A stretch of DNA of 64,000 nt from Chiloscyllium plagiosum (GCF_004010195.1 NC_057719.1:65689702-65753701), one strand, 5' to 3'. Shown: positions 36,574-50,509, counted from the first letter of the stretch. Notes: generated by a model from the sequence alone, not told the origin. Numbers and translations are program-made.

Positions 36574-38842
36574 AGAGAAAGTGAGGACTGCAGATGCTGG
36601 AGATCAGAGTCGAAGAGTGTGATGCTGGAAAAGCACAGCAGGTCAGGCAGCATCCAGGAAGCAGGAGAATTGACGTTTTGGGCATAAGCCCTTCATCAGA
36701 AATCAGAGGGTGGCTCAAGGGGGCTGAGAGATAAATGGGAGGTGGCAGGGTTGGGGGCAAGGTAGCTAAGAATGTGATAAGTTGTTGAAGGTGGGGTGAT
36801 GGTGATAAATCAGAGAGGAGGGTGGAAAGGAAGATGGACAGGTAGGAAAGTTCAAAAGGGTGGTGCTGAGTTGGAAGGTTGGATCTGGGATATGGTGGGG
36901 AGAAGGGAAATGGGGAAACTGGTGAAATCCAACAGCCTCCAACCACATAGTCCAGGAATCCTTCCCCACCTGGTTCTACCTCTTACCCAAAATTCACAAA
37001 CCTGACTGCCTCGGTCGACCCACCATCTCAGTCTGCTCCTGCCCCGCTGAACCTATCTCTATATACCTTGATAGTGTCTTCTCCCCCTTGGTCCAGGAAC
37101 TGCCACCGATATTTGGGACACCACCCACGCCCTCCACCTCCTCCATGACTTTCAGTTCCCCACTCTCCAACGCCTCATCTTCACAATGGACATTCAAGTC
37201 CATGTACACATCCATCCACCATGACCAGGACCTCCAAGCCCTCTGTTTTTTCCTCTCCCACCGAGCCATCCAGTGCCCCTCCACCAACACACTCATTTGA
37301 TTGGCTGAACTGGTCTTTACCCTCAACAATTTCTCCTTCAAATCCTCCCACTTCCTCCTGAACAAAGGGGTAGCCATGGGCACCCCCATGGGTCCCAGCT
37401 ATGTCTGTCTCTTCGTCAGGTACATGGAACAGTTCATCTTCCATAGCTGCACCAGCACCATTCCCCACCTTCTCCTCCACTACATTGATGACAGTATCAG
37501 CGCCACCCTGTGCTCTCACGAAGAGGTTGAACAGTTCATCAACTTCACAAACACCTTCCACCCTGACCTCAAGTTCACCTGGAACATCACAGACACCTCC
37601 CTCCCCTTCCTGGACTTCTCCATCTCTATTTCCGGTGACTGACTCAACACTGACATCTACATCAAACCCACAGCTACCTGGACCACATCTCCCATCCTGC
37701 CTCCTGTAAAAACATTATCCATTTTTTCCAATTCCTCCGCCTTCACTGAATCTGCTCCCAGGAGTTCCAATTCCAGCATAGAACATCCCAGATGGCCACA
37801 TTCTTCAAAGAGCCCAATTTCCAGGTGGTCAACGATGCCCATCAGCACGTCTCATTCACTTCCTGCACCTTCGCCCTCAAACTCCACCCCTCCAACTGCA
37901 AGTAGATGAAGGTGGGGGTGAAAGTGATCGATCAGATAGGAGGTTGGGGCAGATAGGTGGGAAGGAAGATGGACTGGTAGAACAGTTCAAAAGGACAGAA
38001 ACCCCCCGCTTCCACCCCATCAATCTCCGGATACATCGCATCATCCTCCACCATTTCTGCCACCCACAAACAGACCCCACCACCAGGGATATATTTCCCT
38101 CCCCACCCCTGTTTGCATTCCAGAGAGACTGTTCCCTCCACGACTCCCTTCTTAGGTCCACACCACCCCCATCAACCCACCCTCCACTCCCGGCACCTTC
38201 CCCTGCCACTGCAAGAGGTGTAAAACCTGCGCCCACAACTCTCACCTCACCTCCATCCAAGGCCGCCAAAGGATCCTTCCACATCCAGCAGAGATTGTCC
38301 TTCACCTCTAAACACCTCATCTATTGTGACCATTGTTCTCGATGTGGTGTCCTCTATAGGAAGCCTACATATGGAATGTTTCAGAGAACATCTCAGATAT
38401 ACCTACACTAAACAGCCCGGTGGCCAAATACTTTAACTCCCCCTCCCACTCTACCAAGAACATGCAAGTCCTGGGTCTCCTCCATCGCCAAACCCTTAAC
38501 AACCGCTGCCTGGAGGAAGATTGCCTCATCTTCTGGCTTGGGACCCTTCAGCCACACAGGATTAATGTGGATTTCACCAGTTTTCCCATTTCTCCTACCC
38601 CCATCTTATCCCAGATCCAGCCTTCCAACTTGGTACCGCTCTCTTGAATTGTCCTACCTGTACATCTTCCTTCCCACTAAGCATTCCCAATTAACTTTTC
38701 CCCAGCCCACCCCCCCTCCCATTTATCTCTCAGTCCCCTTGGGGCACCCCCAATTCCTGATGAAGAGCTTATGCTCGAAACATTGACTCTCCTGCTCCTC
38801 GGATGTTGCCTGACCAGCTGTGCTTTTCCAGCACCACACTCT
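36574..38842 (+). mobile_element. PLE family A, 5'-truncated, with an inverted terminal repeat at the 5' end
   Basis: RT fragments (FTMDIQ, GVAMGTPMGPSY, YIDD, LPFLD), GIY-YIG remnants (HLIYCDHCSRCGVLY), terminal repeat ~38560-38842 and inverted copy 36574-36932. TSD ttaa(a/t)cctcata at 36562-36573 and 38843-38854. Confidence 0.92.
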
Positions 38843-38884
38843 TTAATCCTCATAGGCCATTGATGGTCATGGGTTCATCTCCTT

Positions 38885-39060
38885 CAGTTCTAAGTCCTGG
38901 CACTTCCTCCCTAAACCATTGCACCTTTGTACCTCACTTTCGTCCTTTAAGGAACCGCTAAAACCGACCACTTCTAACAAACTTCTGGTCATCTGCCTTA
39001 ATGTCTTTCTATGCTGTAATTTGCATTATAATTCTCCTTTAAAGTGTTTTGGAAAGTCCC
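38885..39060 (+). mobile_element. L2-like LINE 3' end relic
   Basis: ctggcacttcctccctaaacc...tcctttaag...aaaacc...ctcctttaaagtgttttgg. Confidence 0.45.
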
Positions 39061-40041
39061 CATAATTTCAGGAAAGGACTGAATGAAACTGGAGTTTGAT
39101 GAAAGATTTACGGAGCTTCAACTTGTTCCTTATAAAGACTTTATTTTTGTGAATGAAGGTTTTATTACATCTCCTCGGGTATTCGACTAGCACTTTTAAT
39201 AAAGCATTTGATCTGTGATTTTTTCTCTTTAGTAACTCAACTCATTTGAACTATAAAATGGAAAAGTACTACAAGTAGTGATGAATTATAATGGCCCAGA
39301 TTTTGCTGAAGTGAACCAAGTTAGTCAGATTTGTTCCCTTTCACTACAGTTCAAAGTTCTTTTGTCCTGCAGGGTACTGAAAGTACAAGTTAATAACAGC
39401 ACAGCAAGGCCGATGGGAATTGGAGTGGAGGTGTCAGGGATGGGGCATTGAATTGGGAATGATGGGGCCAATGTTATATCCCTTTAATCAATGAAATCTA
39501 AGAATTTACAAAAAGCATTGGAATAACCGAATAACGAGATGATTTAAAATCAAATCAGTTTTAGAAAGTGAAATAATGGGAGGGAAATTGGATTAAGAGA
39601 AGCCAAAATGAAGACAGTTTACCCTTTTTTTATTTCCTACTTTTCCTTTCTGATTATTTCCTATTGGAACCATCATGCTACACTTCATATGGACCCTTTT
39701 CTGGGACAGGATCGTCCATTGACATTTCGGTAATATGAATTGCTAAATGAAAAGTTTCTTCCATTATTAAATTCCATTATTATATATTCCATTTAATTAG
39801 CCATTACCAGGCAAATATCATTCAACCTAGGGATGTCGAGGTCTGGATTTTGTGTGTTTCGTGGCACAAGATCATAAATCAACAACAAACTTGTACCATT
39901 TCACAACTGAGAATGTTGCTTCCTCACAAGTTGCTGCGTAATTGATGCATTAATAATGGCAGATTTTATTATACTTACCCTTTATTTTACCAGAAATATA
40001 AGGTAAATATTCTACCAACACACTAGAGCTAAGCTTTGTAG

Positions 40042-40150
40042 TTCAAAAACAGAATTTGATGGAAAAGCTCAGCAGGCCTGGCAACATCTGTGAAGAGAAA
40101 TCAGAGTTAATATTTCGGGTCCAGTGACCCTTTCTATGATTTACAGCATC
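40042..40150. mobile_element. Short old PLE-derived fragment
   Basis: aaaacagaa...ggaaaagctcagcaggcctggcaacatctg...cagcatctgaagttctt. Flanked by ctttgtagttcaa on both sides. Confidence 0.65.
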
Positions 40151-41152
40151 TGAAGTTCTTGTGTTTTTTACTTTGTAGTTCAATGTTGCATTACACTTAG
40201 GTAATTTATCAGTGTTCATACAAAAAGCTTGGCTCCACCCTTAAGCTGTGCATAGCCATTTTAATATTACATGGTAGTCCTCATATAATAAGCGCAAATG
40301 TACAATAACAAATGCTGCAAATTGTACAATGTATAGTCAGACATTAGACATATCTTATAATGCATAAAATGTGGTTAGTTTTTCAGGTGTGTTTCTACAA
40401 ATGATGAACATTTTCAATTCTGTCACATTTTAACACGGTGAGCTTGATCATTATTACCAGCATTGACCTTAAAAAGTTTGCACAGTACCAAAATGATCAA
40501 AGGCCTATGCACTAGTTTTAAGAGAGTGAGATCAGTACTGTTCTCGGCTGCTGCATACTAACTATGTAGCATAGCATCAAAGCTATCACTCGTGGAATAG
40601 CATATTTGAACGTGGGGAACGTGTAAATTATATTTGAAGCGACATCAATCACTTAGAACCCCATGCTATTATTATAGGCCCAATGTGTTTCTTTGTTGAC
40701 CAGACACAACAGGCTTCAGTCCTGTATGCAGTGCAGGATTTGTGGTGACAGAGCATGCTGTATGTGACATGGGAAAATTCTTTTGCAGTTCGTTTTAAAA
40801 TAGGCAAGGGTGTAGAATGAGCACATGGAGGATATAGGTCACAACATTGCTGTGTTCTTTAGCCTTAGCTTTAATCTTTTTTCAAAAGTTTGTACAATAT
40901 CCACTCAGTTGCTGTGATTAACTGTGCTTCAAATCTACTTGGCATAATATATTTTGCACTTTATTGCATAGGTAAGATGTGTTTTAATGCCTCTATTTTA
41001 CTCTTTAATACAAATATAACAAAGGGGTAGATGTCACTTAAAATACTGAAAAGAGGAATGTTTAAAAGCAAATACATCAAGCATCCATTTACTCACGTTC
41101 TTGATTGATATTACTTAGGTTTTGTCCTGTAGGGATAAAGAGCAACAGTAGC

Positions 41153-41472
41153 AAGCGGCACAGTGGCACAGCGGTTAGCACTGCTGCCTCACAGCGCCTG
41201 AGACCCGGGTTCAATTCCCTCCTCAGGCGACTGACTGTGTGGAGTTTGCACACTCTCCCTCGTCTGCGTGGGTTTCCTCCGGGTGCTCCGATTTCCTCCC
41301 ACAGTCACAAAGATGTGCAGGTCAGGTGAATTGGCCATGGTAAATTGCCCGTAGTGTTAGATAAGGGGTAAATGTAGGGGTATGGGTGGGTTACGCTTCG
41401 GTGGGTCGGTGTGGACTTGTTGGGCCGAAGGGCCTGTTTCCACACTGTAATGTAATGTAATCTAAAAAAAAA
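41153..41472 (+). mobile_element. HE1-type V-SINE, young full-length copy
   Basis: A-box (tggcacagcggttag), B-box (ggttcaattcc), V-domain (gtgtggagtttgcac...gcgtgggtttcctccgggtgctccg.tttcctcccacagtc), CR1-like tail with (tgtaa)n. CpGs retained. Confidence 0.93.
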
Positions 41473-42289
41473 TTGCTGGGAGAATTGGCACAATTGTTGG
41501 CTAGGCCAACACTTATTGCCACTGCTTAGTTACTCTTGAGAAGGTGGTGATGAGCAGCCTTCTTAAATCACTGCGGTCCATGTTGTGAAAGAACGTTCAT
41601 AATGCTGTTAGCAAGAAGTCCCAGGATTGTGATATGTGCCATGATAATGTGGATCATGTCTTGCACCAGGTGTCCGAGATGGTAGTCCAAAGATGAAGCG
41701 TGGTGTGAGCGAAGCGAGAGAAGTGTGAGCATTCATAAGGGTCACATACATAAGCAGGGATGGACAGCATTATGGAGATTGGGCGTAAGTAGATGAAGGT
41801 GAGTATTAATGTTCCGATGGGAATGTGAGCTGCCTGGATACACAGAGGATTGAGTGGAGCTGCAAGCTATGTTGTTCTGAGTTGTGCTATACAGGAGGAT
41901 GCTGAGCTAGTCAATGCGTTATGGAGCTCACCCTCCCGAGGACCCAGATCCTATTGATTCTGGTTGCTGCTTCCTTCCTCGGGCTCTTGCCAGCCCTGTT
42001 TCATGAGAGAGGTAAGTTACTTTCTCTCAGTTAAGAGCTTATGTCAGTAGAGCTCCTCAGATCACTCAGCAAGAGAGAGCCAGGAGAGCAGCCTCCCAGG
42101 ATCTCTGCTCTGTTCCTACGGTTGCTGCAATTCAAACATTCACATACAACTGTGTCACTAAAACTAATACTTTAACCTGTTTAATTAGAATTCCTTTCTT
42201 TGAAAGAACGGATGTGTCATCCCTCCTGCCTTTTCTGTTTGGTCAGAGAGCCAAGAAGTGAACATTGGGGAGCATGCATTTATGAGTAA

Positions 42290-42440
42290 TATCAGGAAAT
42301 ATTTTATATTCACCTGTCAGGGCAAATAGACCCTTGGCTAATTGACTCATCTGATAAACAACACCTCCCATAGTGCAGCTCTCCCTTAGAGATACACTGG
42401 ACAGTCAATCTCACGTAGTTGAGTCCTCCAACTTCTGGTC
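42290..42440 (-). mobile_element. Deu-SINE fragment
   Basis: ttttatattcacctg...ctcatctga...cacctccc.tagtgcagc.ctccct. Confidence 0.4.
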
Positions 42441-42661
42441 CAGCACACATAAACAAAAAATATTTAACTATGAAATGAGAAATGATAGAAATCTACATAA
42501 AAAGGAGATATTGGAATTTCACCTTCAATTATTCAGTATCTAAAGAGAACTCACATTTTGAGTGCAACATTGCTTTAAAATTGACTGAGAAACAAGCCGT
42601 TGCTTGCGGTTGGAATAATGCAAAAGGAGTAGGACAGGCATTCTACTCCTATGTCGGAAGT

Positions 42662-42762
42662 TAAAAACAGACGGCGCTGGAGAAACTCAGCAAATCTGGC
42701 AGCATCTGGAGAGAGAAAGAGGTTTCATATTTTGAGTCCAGTGTGACTCTTCTTCAGAACTC
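42662..42762 (-). mobile_element. Short old PLE-derived fragment
   Basis: aaaaacaga..gctggagaaactcagca..tctggcagcatctg...tcttcttcagaac. Confidence 0.6.
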
Positions 42763-42769
42763 ATTTTGA

Positions 42770-43565
42770 ATCTAAGAGTACAACGGAATCTTGTTCAGAT
42801 GGGCCAATGGGCCGAGAAGTGGCAGGTGGTGTTTAATTTAGATAAATGCGAGGTGCTGCATTTTGGAAAGGCAAACCAGGGCAGGACTTATATACTTAAT
42901 GGGAATGTCCTGGGGAGTGTTGAACCTTGGAGTGCAGGTTCATAGATCCTTGAAAGTGGAGTCACAGGTAGATAGGATAGTGAAGAAGGCATTTGGTATG
43001 CTTTCCTTTATTGGATAAAGCATTGTATATAGAAGTTGGGAGGTTATGTTGTGGCTGTACAGGACACTGGTTAGGCCACTTTTGGAATACAGGGTACAAT
43101 TCAATCCCTGCTTTAGGAAAGATGTTGTTAATTTTGAAAGGGTTCAGAAAAGCTTGACAAGAATGTTGCCAGGGATGGAGGGATTGAGCTACAGGAAGAG
43201 GCTGAATAAGCTGGGGCTGTTTTCCATGGAGGGTGACCTTATAGAGGGATATAAAATCATGAGGGGCATGTACAGGGTAAATAGACAGTCCTAAACTAGA
43301 GAGCATACGTTTAAAGTAAGAGGGAAAAGATTTAAAAGGGAACTGAGGGCAATTTTTTCACACAGAGTGTGTGGAATGAGCTGCGAGAGGAAGTGGCGGA
43401 GACTGGGATCTTTACAACATTTAAAAGGATGGGTATATAAATAGGAAGGATTTAGAGTGATATGGGCCAAGTGCTGGCAAATAGGACTACATTAGGTTGG
43501 GCCATCTGATCAGCATGGACAAGTTGAACCAGTCTGTTTCTGTGCTGTACATCTCTATGACTTTA
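42770..43565 (+). mobile_element. CR1/HER1 LINE 3' fragment
   Basis: ORF 43046-43294 (LYRTLVRPLLEYRVQF...RKDVV..ERVQK..TRMLPG). WAEKWQVVFN...KCEVLHFG upstream. Tail present. Confidence 0.92.
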
Positions 43566-44774
43566 ATCCAATAGAAGGGCGTATCAAGTCTGAAGTATAA
43601 TAATGGCCAGTTCAATATCGCATCATTGTACTCTCGTGCTCATAATGAAATTTATTCCCCCCATTATATTCCACAGCTGAATTTGAATAGCATCCTCTGA
43701 AGTCACTTCACTTCACAAATAGTCCAACAAGACTCTTTAAATAGTTACAAATGTTTTTGAGTCTCACTTGTAAGTCTCCAGCTTTTCTGAATCACGCAAG
43801 GATTAAAGTTGAAATGGATGATCCTGTTCCAGTGTTGAAGGCAAATGTACATCTCTGTGACTATGACTCTATATAACCAGCTGATAAAGTAAACTGAAAG
43901 CAGAACATGAGATCTTCTGCCTGTAATCACAATCAACACATGCCTTTTTTGTGTACATCTATCCATTTCGACCTCTTTCATCTTCATCCCCATCACTATC
44001 GCATCACATTCTTTCTTCTCACTTGCTCCGAATGTGTTCCAACTTGAGTTTCTCATCTTTCATAATACTACTTACCAATGCAGGACAGTGTTCTCCTTCT
44101 TCTCACTCCTGTTTAAAAGGACATCTTTCCCTCCATTTCTCTCATCTTCTGTGTCTCTTCCCTCTCCTTTCTCATACAAAAGCCCAGGTCTTCCAATCGC
44201 CAGTTGGTCAGAGACCAGATATATCGTCAAAGGTACACATCAGAACCTCGAGAAAATCCCAATACATTTATTCCCCAGGAATTGTGAGGGATTTTGAATC
44301 TTCCAATGGGGCAATTCACCTGTGTTTGGAACCCTCTGAGAAAATCTTCAACTCTGAGTTAGAGGCAGAGACTTCAGAGAAATTGAGTTCTAAACTAGTT
44401 CTAACACCTCGGTAATGATACAACTGACACTCCTCCTCTAATTCTCTGATCTTCCAGTGCCTGTTGACCCTTTGGCACCCCTCCATATCTTTGATTCTAT
44501 GTCCAACCTTTCATTTCCCCCCAATCCCGACTCTCCAAACACCCCCCGCCACCAAAACCCTTGACCCTCTATCATCCCCAGCACTCTAAATCACTGTATT
44601 ATTCTCTAAGACATCAACACCATCAGCCCTCCATTACTTCCCTGAACCTGCACCTTCCAGGACCATGCTACCTTATCCACCCTGCCCATTGGTCTAACCT
44701 GCTGCCCTACCCATCTGACCAACAAGGTTTACCTTTCCACCTATGCACACTGCCACAAGAGATTAGCATGTAAC

Positions 44775-45882
44775 ATTACAGTTCACGAGGTTGAAGGCAG
44801 TGTTTGATGTATATAGAGAACTAATTGACAGGCAAGAAAAAAAGAGTAGAAATAACTGGGTGTTTTTCTGAGTAGCAGGCAATGACTAGTGGGGTACTGC
44901 AGGGATCAGTGCTTGGACCCATCTATCTAGAATATGCAGTAATGATTCAGAAAAGGGAACTAAATGCATCTGCAGATGACAGAAAGCCAGAAGGGTAAAC
45001 TATGAGGAGGATGCAAAGTGTCTTCAGTGTGATTTGGGAAAGGTTAAGTGATTGGGCAAATCCACGGCAGAATGCAATATCATTGCATGAGTAGGTTATT
45101 ATCTACTTTGGGGAAGCAAAAACAGGAAGGCAGGTTATTATCTGAATGGTGATCGATTGGGAAAGAGGGAGGTGCAGCAAGGCCCGGGTGTTGTTGTACA
45201 CCAGTTGCTGAAAGTAAACATTCAGGTGCAGTGGATGGTGAAGAAGGCAAATGGTATGTTGACCTTCATAGTGAGAGAATTTGAGTACAGAACAGGGATG
45301 TCTTGCTCCAATTATACAGGGCCTCGGTGAAACCACGTCTGGAATATTATATGCAGCTTTGGTCTCCATATCTGGGGAAGGATGTTCTGGCTATGGAGGG
45401 AGTGCAGCTTTACCAAACTGTTTCCAGGGATGGCAGGACTGATGTCTGAAGATGGAGTGAATTGGCTTAGACAATGTTCACTGGAGTTCAGAAGATGAAG
45501 AGTAAAGAAAGGTCTCATAGAAACCTATGAAATTCTAACATGATTACACAGAGTAACACAGAAAGAATGTTCATGATGACTGGGGAGTCTAGATTCAGTC
45601 TAAGGAAATAGAGTAGGCCATTTAAAACTGGGATGAGGTGGGGGTTCTTCACTCATAGAGAGGAGAATATGTAGAATACTTTACTACAGAAAATAGTTGA
45701 GGCCAAAACATTGAGTGCTTTCAAGAGGAATTAGATATAGTTTTTAAGCCCAAAGGGATCAATGGGTACGAGAAAGTGACTACAGGCTACGGAGTTGGAT
45801 GATCAGCCACTATCGTGTTGAATGGCAGAGCAGGCTCAAAAGGCCAAATGTCCTACCCCTGCTCCTACTTCCTATGTTTCTA
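44775..45882 (+). mobile_element. CR1 LINE RT/3' region, degenerate
   Basis: actagtggggtactgcagggatcagtgcttggaccc (TSGV.QGSVLGP) and gcagatgac (ADD). 3' tail cctgctcctacttcctatgtttcta. Confidence 0.9.
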
Positions 45883-46419
45883 CCTTTAAAATGTTGATGT
45901 TGGTTCCCATGTCAATTTCAGCTTTTCATGAGTATTGGCTTGCCTTTTCAGGTCATATAATTTTAATGATTGTAAAATCTGCTGATCACCTAATGTGTGG
46001 TTCACAACATTGAAAACTTGTGCATCTTCTGAAATATGCTTTTGGCTTGGTTGATGCTGAACCTCATGGATATGTTTCTGTTTACACTCACTTTTCTGTC
46101 AGAATTGTAGTGATGTATCATCTTGCTGGTCACCATTGTTTTGTTTGAGGATCTGGGCTTGGCCTTTGTGCCTTGACCAGATTTCCTGCATATGTGTGCC
46201 CAATGTCTCTTGGGGCCACATGCTTCAAAGGTATCAAGGAAAACAGGACAGCTTTTGGAAGGGGCATCAATGCACATCTGTTCTCAATTTAATTGTTTTC
46301 TATGATTTACAGACTGCAATAAAAGTGTTGGCGGCCCTCATTGTTATTAGCCTGCCAATGTTGCTTCATACTTGTGTTGATGATCATGTAATACATCAAC
46401 GGTATTGACCTTTCACCTT

Positions 46420-47049
46420 TGTTATCGACCAAAACAAACCCCCTCAAAACATTTTAAGAAGATAGCCTAGACCCGAAGTTTTATTTTTACTTTAAAGGTA
46501 AATGGAAGGCTTTGCATTCCAGATCCAATTCAATTTGTCAAACTCCTCAATTTTCAGCAAAGCACACTTTATTTTTACATAACAATTAAAATACAAACAA
46601 AATAAATAACTGTAAGTCTTTTGAAATGCTTAACAGAATAATGTTTATATATATATGTATATATATATATACATACATATTAACTACTACTAATTAACTG
46701 TTCCAATATAGTAACATCACATGAACACACCCTTACCAAAGCAAATTCAGTGAATCGATTATCTCAATACAATTCTAGCAGCAGGAAGGGAACCCCAGCT
46801 TTTAGCTATAATAGAAAGAGGAGTAAGAGATTCCATATCCAGCTTCAAGATCCACAGAAAGATAAACAAAAAAATCCAATTCTGTGCAAGCTTGACCCCA
46901 CCCAATCAGGCTGCTTCTATTGTTCCAACTTAAAAAAAAGGCCTCACAAGCTGTTTACTTAGTTGGCTTTGAACAGACTGCTCTGTCTTAACATTCTTCT
47001 ATGAGAAAAAAAGGACAAAATACATCTTTAAAGTCATAGTATCATCACA
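46420..47049 (-). repeat. 3' LTR of the Gmr1-like retrotransposon
   Basis: TG...CA ends on the - strand (tgtgatgat...gataaca). Preceded by polypurine tract aaaggaggaagg (47050-47061). Internal (TA)n at ~46645-46680. Confidence 0.75.
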
Positions 47050-47201
47050 CCTTCCTCCTTTAAAAAAGAGCCATTAATATACAAAGATGGCTTTATTTTT
47101 AAAATCCTTTAGCTTTACACTATTAGTACTCAACAAACATTCACTACTATAGTCCATTTCAGTCCATTTTTTTCCCCAACACATAATGTCTCTGTCTTCA
47201 T

Positions 47202-47711
47202 TCAAAATTGCAACAACACATCAGTAATTTCATTCTCGCATCCTGCCTCGTGTATAATTTTCAAATTGAGTGGCTGCAATAATAAGATCCATCTATACAG
47301 TCTGGAATTTTTATCTTCAAATTTTGAGGGATTATGATCAGTATATGCAATTGTCTCACACGCATTACTGTCAATGCAAATGTTGGAATGTTGTAATGCC
47401 AACATTAAACTTGAGGTCTACCTCTCACTTGTTGAATATTTCTGTTGATGATTACTCAATGCGCTGGAAAAATACACAATAGATCATTCTATCTTCGTAT
47501 CATCGTCTTGCAAGAGCACAGCACCAACAACCACATCACTTGCATCAATGGCCACCTTGAATGGCTTTGCATAATGAGGTGTGGCTAACACTGGAGCAGT
47601 GGTTAGCTCAGCTTTCAGGTCAACAAATGCCTTCTGACATTCCTCCATCCACTGAAAACACTTCTTCAACAAGCCTGTCAGTGGCACAACCTCAGTGCTA
47701 AAACTCAGCAT
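47202..47711 (-). pseudogene. RNase H (Gypsy pol) remnant
   Basis: CQKAF..LK..LTTAPVL...KPFKVAIDASD..VGAVLLQ; YTDHNP; RLYRW.LLLQ. Confidence 0.9.
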
Positions 47712-47719
47712 GAAGTTCC

Positions 47720-48420
47720 AATAAACACCACACAGCCTGAGGAATCATAGTATTTCACTATTCTTCAATGGTTTGGGAAACTTCCCAATAACCTGTAGGA
47801 CCATTTGCCCATGACCAATGACATAGTCCAGGAATGCGACCTGGGTTTTTGTAAATGCTCTCTTACCCAAGTTTGTCAATAAGCCCACCTCCTGAAGTCA
47901 ATCAAAAAATTCTGACAGACACTCCAAATGTTCCTTCCATGTATGACTAAAAATCACCAGATCGTCGATGTACACCACACAATTCACTAATCTCAAAATG
48001 ACGCATTTTTCATACCAAATGACATGTCTTTAAACTGGTACAGCCCATTTGGTTTTACAAAAGCCGGAATTTTGTTTGCTCTTTCAGATGAAGATACCTA
48101 ACAGTATCCTCTGAGTGTCCAAATTTGAAATATAAGTTGTTTGTCCCATCTTCACAATACAGTTTTCCAAACATGGAATACGATATGAATCAGAGTTTGT
48201 AACTGCATTATCTTTACAATTGCCCACACATAATCGTTGGGTATCACCTGGTTTTGCCACCATTACAATGGGTGAGCTCCATGCATTGCAACTCACTTTG
48301 ATTTTATTGTCTTTGAGCATGCGTTCAATCTCTTTTTGAACCTGTGTCAACTTTACAGGGTTAACGCTATTAGGATGTTGCTTAATTGGAACATCATTTT
48401 CCATATAGACGCATCACACA
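47720..48420 (-). pseudogene. Reverse transcriptase (Gypsy pol) remnant
   Basis: PIKQHP...EIERML...WSSPIVMVAKP...RLCV...DSYRIP; VVYIDDLVIFS (YIDD at 47961-47972). Confidence 0.9.
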
Positions 48421-48639
48421 TAATTAGATTAGTACTTCGCAGCTTTTTCCCACATTCCTCCCCATGTGATTGTAATAACTTTTTCGATTTTCCTCTGGAA
48501 GGTAACTCAATAATTTATCCCAATTTTTAGTAACTTCCTCATTGTCCAATTTAAATTGAGGAATGTCCAATTCAGAATCATCTGAACTTAGTTTATTGTT
48601 GTGTTATGATCATTCTCCTTTTGCTTTCCTTCCCTATCA

Positions 48640-49700
48640 AAATGCCTTTTAAGCATATTCATTTGACACACTCCGTGAGACCACTTCCTATCTAGCATTC
48701 TTATCAATAACTTACATTACTCAATTTCCTTTTGATTTGATAAGGCCCCCTAAATCTTACCTTTAAAGGTTTGCCTACCACTGGGAATAATGCTAACAAC
48801 CCATCTCCACTAGCAAAATTATGAGTTTTTGATTCCTTCTCCACTTCCTGTTTCATCACAAACTGTGCTACCTTCAAACATTGTCTAGCCAACTTGCTCA
48901 CTGTATTTAATCTTTCCCTAAAGTTTGACAAAATCCAAATACGTGGTCTCTGAACTCTGAACCACCATTTCTCCTTAATTAATTTCAGTGGTCTTCTCAC
49001 CTCATGCCCAAAAACTAACTAAAATGACTGAATTTAGTTGATTGATTAGGTGCATCCCTAATTGCAAAATGTATAAATGGAATTTCTTTATTCCAATTCT
49101 CTGGATAGTCTTGACTATAAGCCCTCAACATGGTCTTTAAAGTTTGATGCCTAACTTCTAATGCTGCCAGCAAGTCTGCATGATACACAGTGGAATTGAA
49201 TTATTTTAATTATTTTATTCCTAAACTATCCATAATTTCCTTGATTAATTTAGAAGTGACATTTGACACTTGATCTGATTATATTTCTGTGGGTAATCTG
49301 TATTTAGTAAAATCTTAAGTAACTCTTCTACAATCCTTTTAGCCATGATACTGTATAATGGAATGACTTCAGGAAATCTAGTAGACACATCCATTATGAT
49401 CAACACGTACTGATTGCCACTTTTTGTTTAAGGTAGGAGTCCTATGTAATCAATTAAGACTCTGGTAAAAGGTTCCTCAAATACATGAATAGGTATTAAG
49501 CTTGTTGGTTTTATCACTGCCTGAGGTTTTCCACTTATTTGACACATATGATATGTCCAGCAATCATATCCTTATGCCATCCAGGACAAAAATGTTTTTC
49601 TATAATCCACTGGTTATATAACTTGATGAACTTCTGCCCATTTTTCATCCACCTGCATATGTGGTGGCCTCCATTTTCTCATCAAGACTTCATTTTTAAA
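48640..49700 (-). pseudogene. Integrase remnant (core plus GPY/F module)
   Basis: EEPFTRVLIDYIGLLP*TKSGNQYVLIIMDVSTRFPEVIP (~49360-49480); KVRFRGPYQI (ORF 48704-49000). Confidence 0.88.
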
Positions 49701-50049
49701 ATTGTAACATTCTGGGATACACTCAGATTCTTGGTCTGTTTACAATTTTTGACACAACTGCTTTAGTTTTTCATTTTTCTGCTGTAGTTCAGATAATTTC
49801 CCTGAACTAAAATTATTCACTTTGTTTTCCATCTGTTCTTGTTTCTTCTCAAACATTTGATCAAATGTAGTCACTGATAATTGAACTTCAACTTCCTTAC
49901 CTGTATTTTTTGACCTCTCCTCCTGTTTCTACCTGTGCCTTTGTGATTTTGTTACAACACAGTCAGGAAAAATCGCAGGATATACTTCCTGTAACATCTC
50001 AATTGCCTGATTTTCCACAGGCTTTTCAACCACAGTGTTCATCACTCCC

Positions 50050-50310
50050 ACCTGTGATCCAGCTGTATCATCACCAAAGATAAACAATATTTCTGGAACC
50101 GAGAATTTCTCTATTACTCCTACCACCACTTCGCCAATTTTCAACAGACTCTCCACCCTCACTTTATATAACAGAACACTGCTCTTCTCACAATGAAGTC
50201 CACATATTATCACTTCTTTCTGGCAATACTCCTTCTGTATTGGGTACCTCCTTATCTCTCACCATCAAAGGTTGAAGTGCTCCCATTTCTCTTAAAATCG
50301 TAATTTCTTT
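50050..50310 (-). pseudogene. Aspartic protease remnant
   Basis: ITILREMGA (degenerate ILRDTGA) and ILFIFGDD (L.LGND-like). Confidence 0.55.
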
Positions 50311-50509
50311 CGCTACTCCTCCTGGCTATATGAACAAACCTCACCCACACAAGAAAGTTATTGAAAGAAATCTGGCCCTTTCTTCTCAACCAACCCCTGA
50401 CCAGGTTGCATATTCTTTTGCAGCTTTTTAGCTTCTACTGTGTTTTACTTTACTACTTCAACAAACTCACTGGCTTATCCTGTTTGCCCACATCCTCCTT
50501 CCCAGTGCT

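Noticed and set aside
41153..41230. tRNA gene
   Set aside because: The A/B boxes continue into the V-domain and LINE-like tail, so this is a SINE head. The same applies to 13487, 20280, 56960 and 59290.
43680..44130. Possible PLE N-terminal relic
   Set aside because: Only a vague resemblance, with no motif or terminus to support a call.
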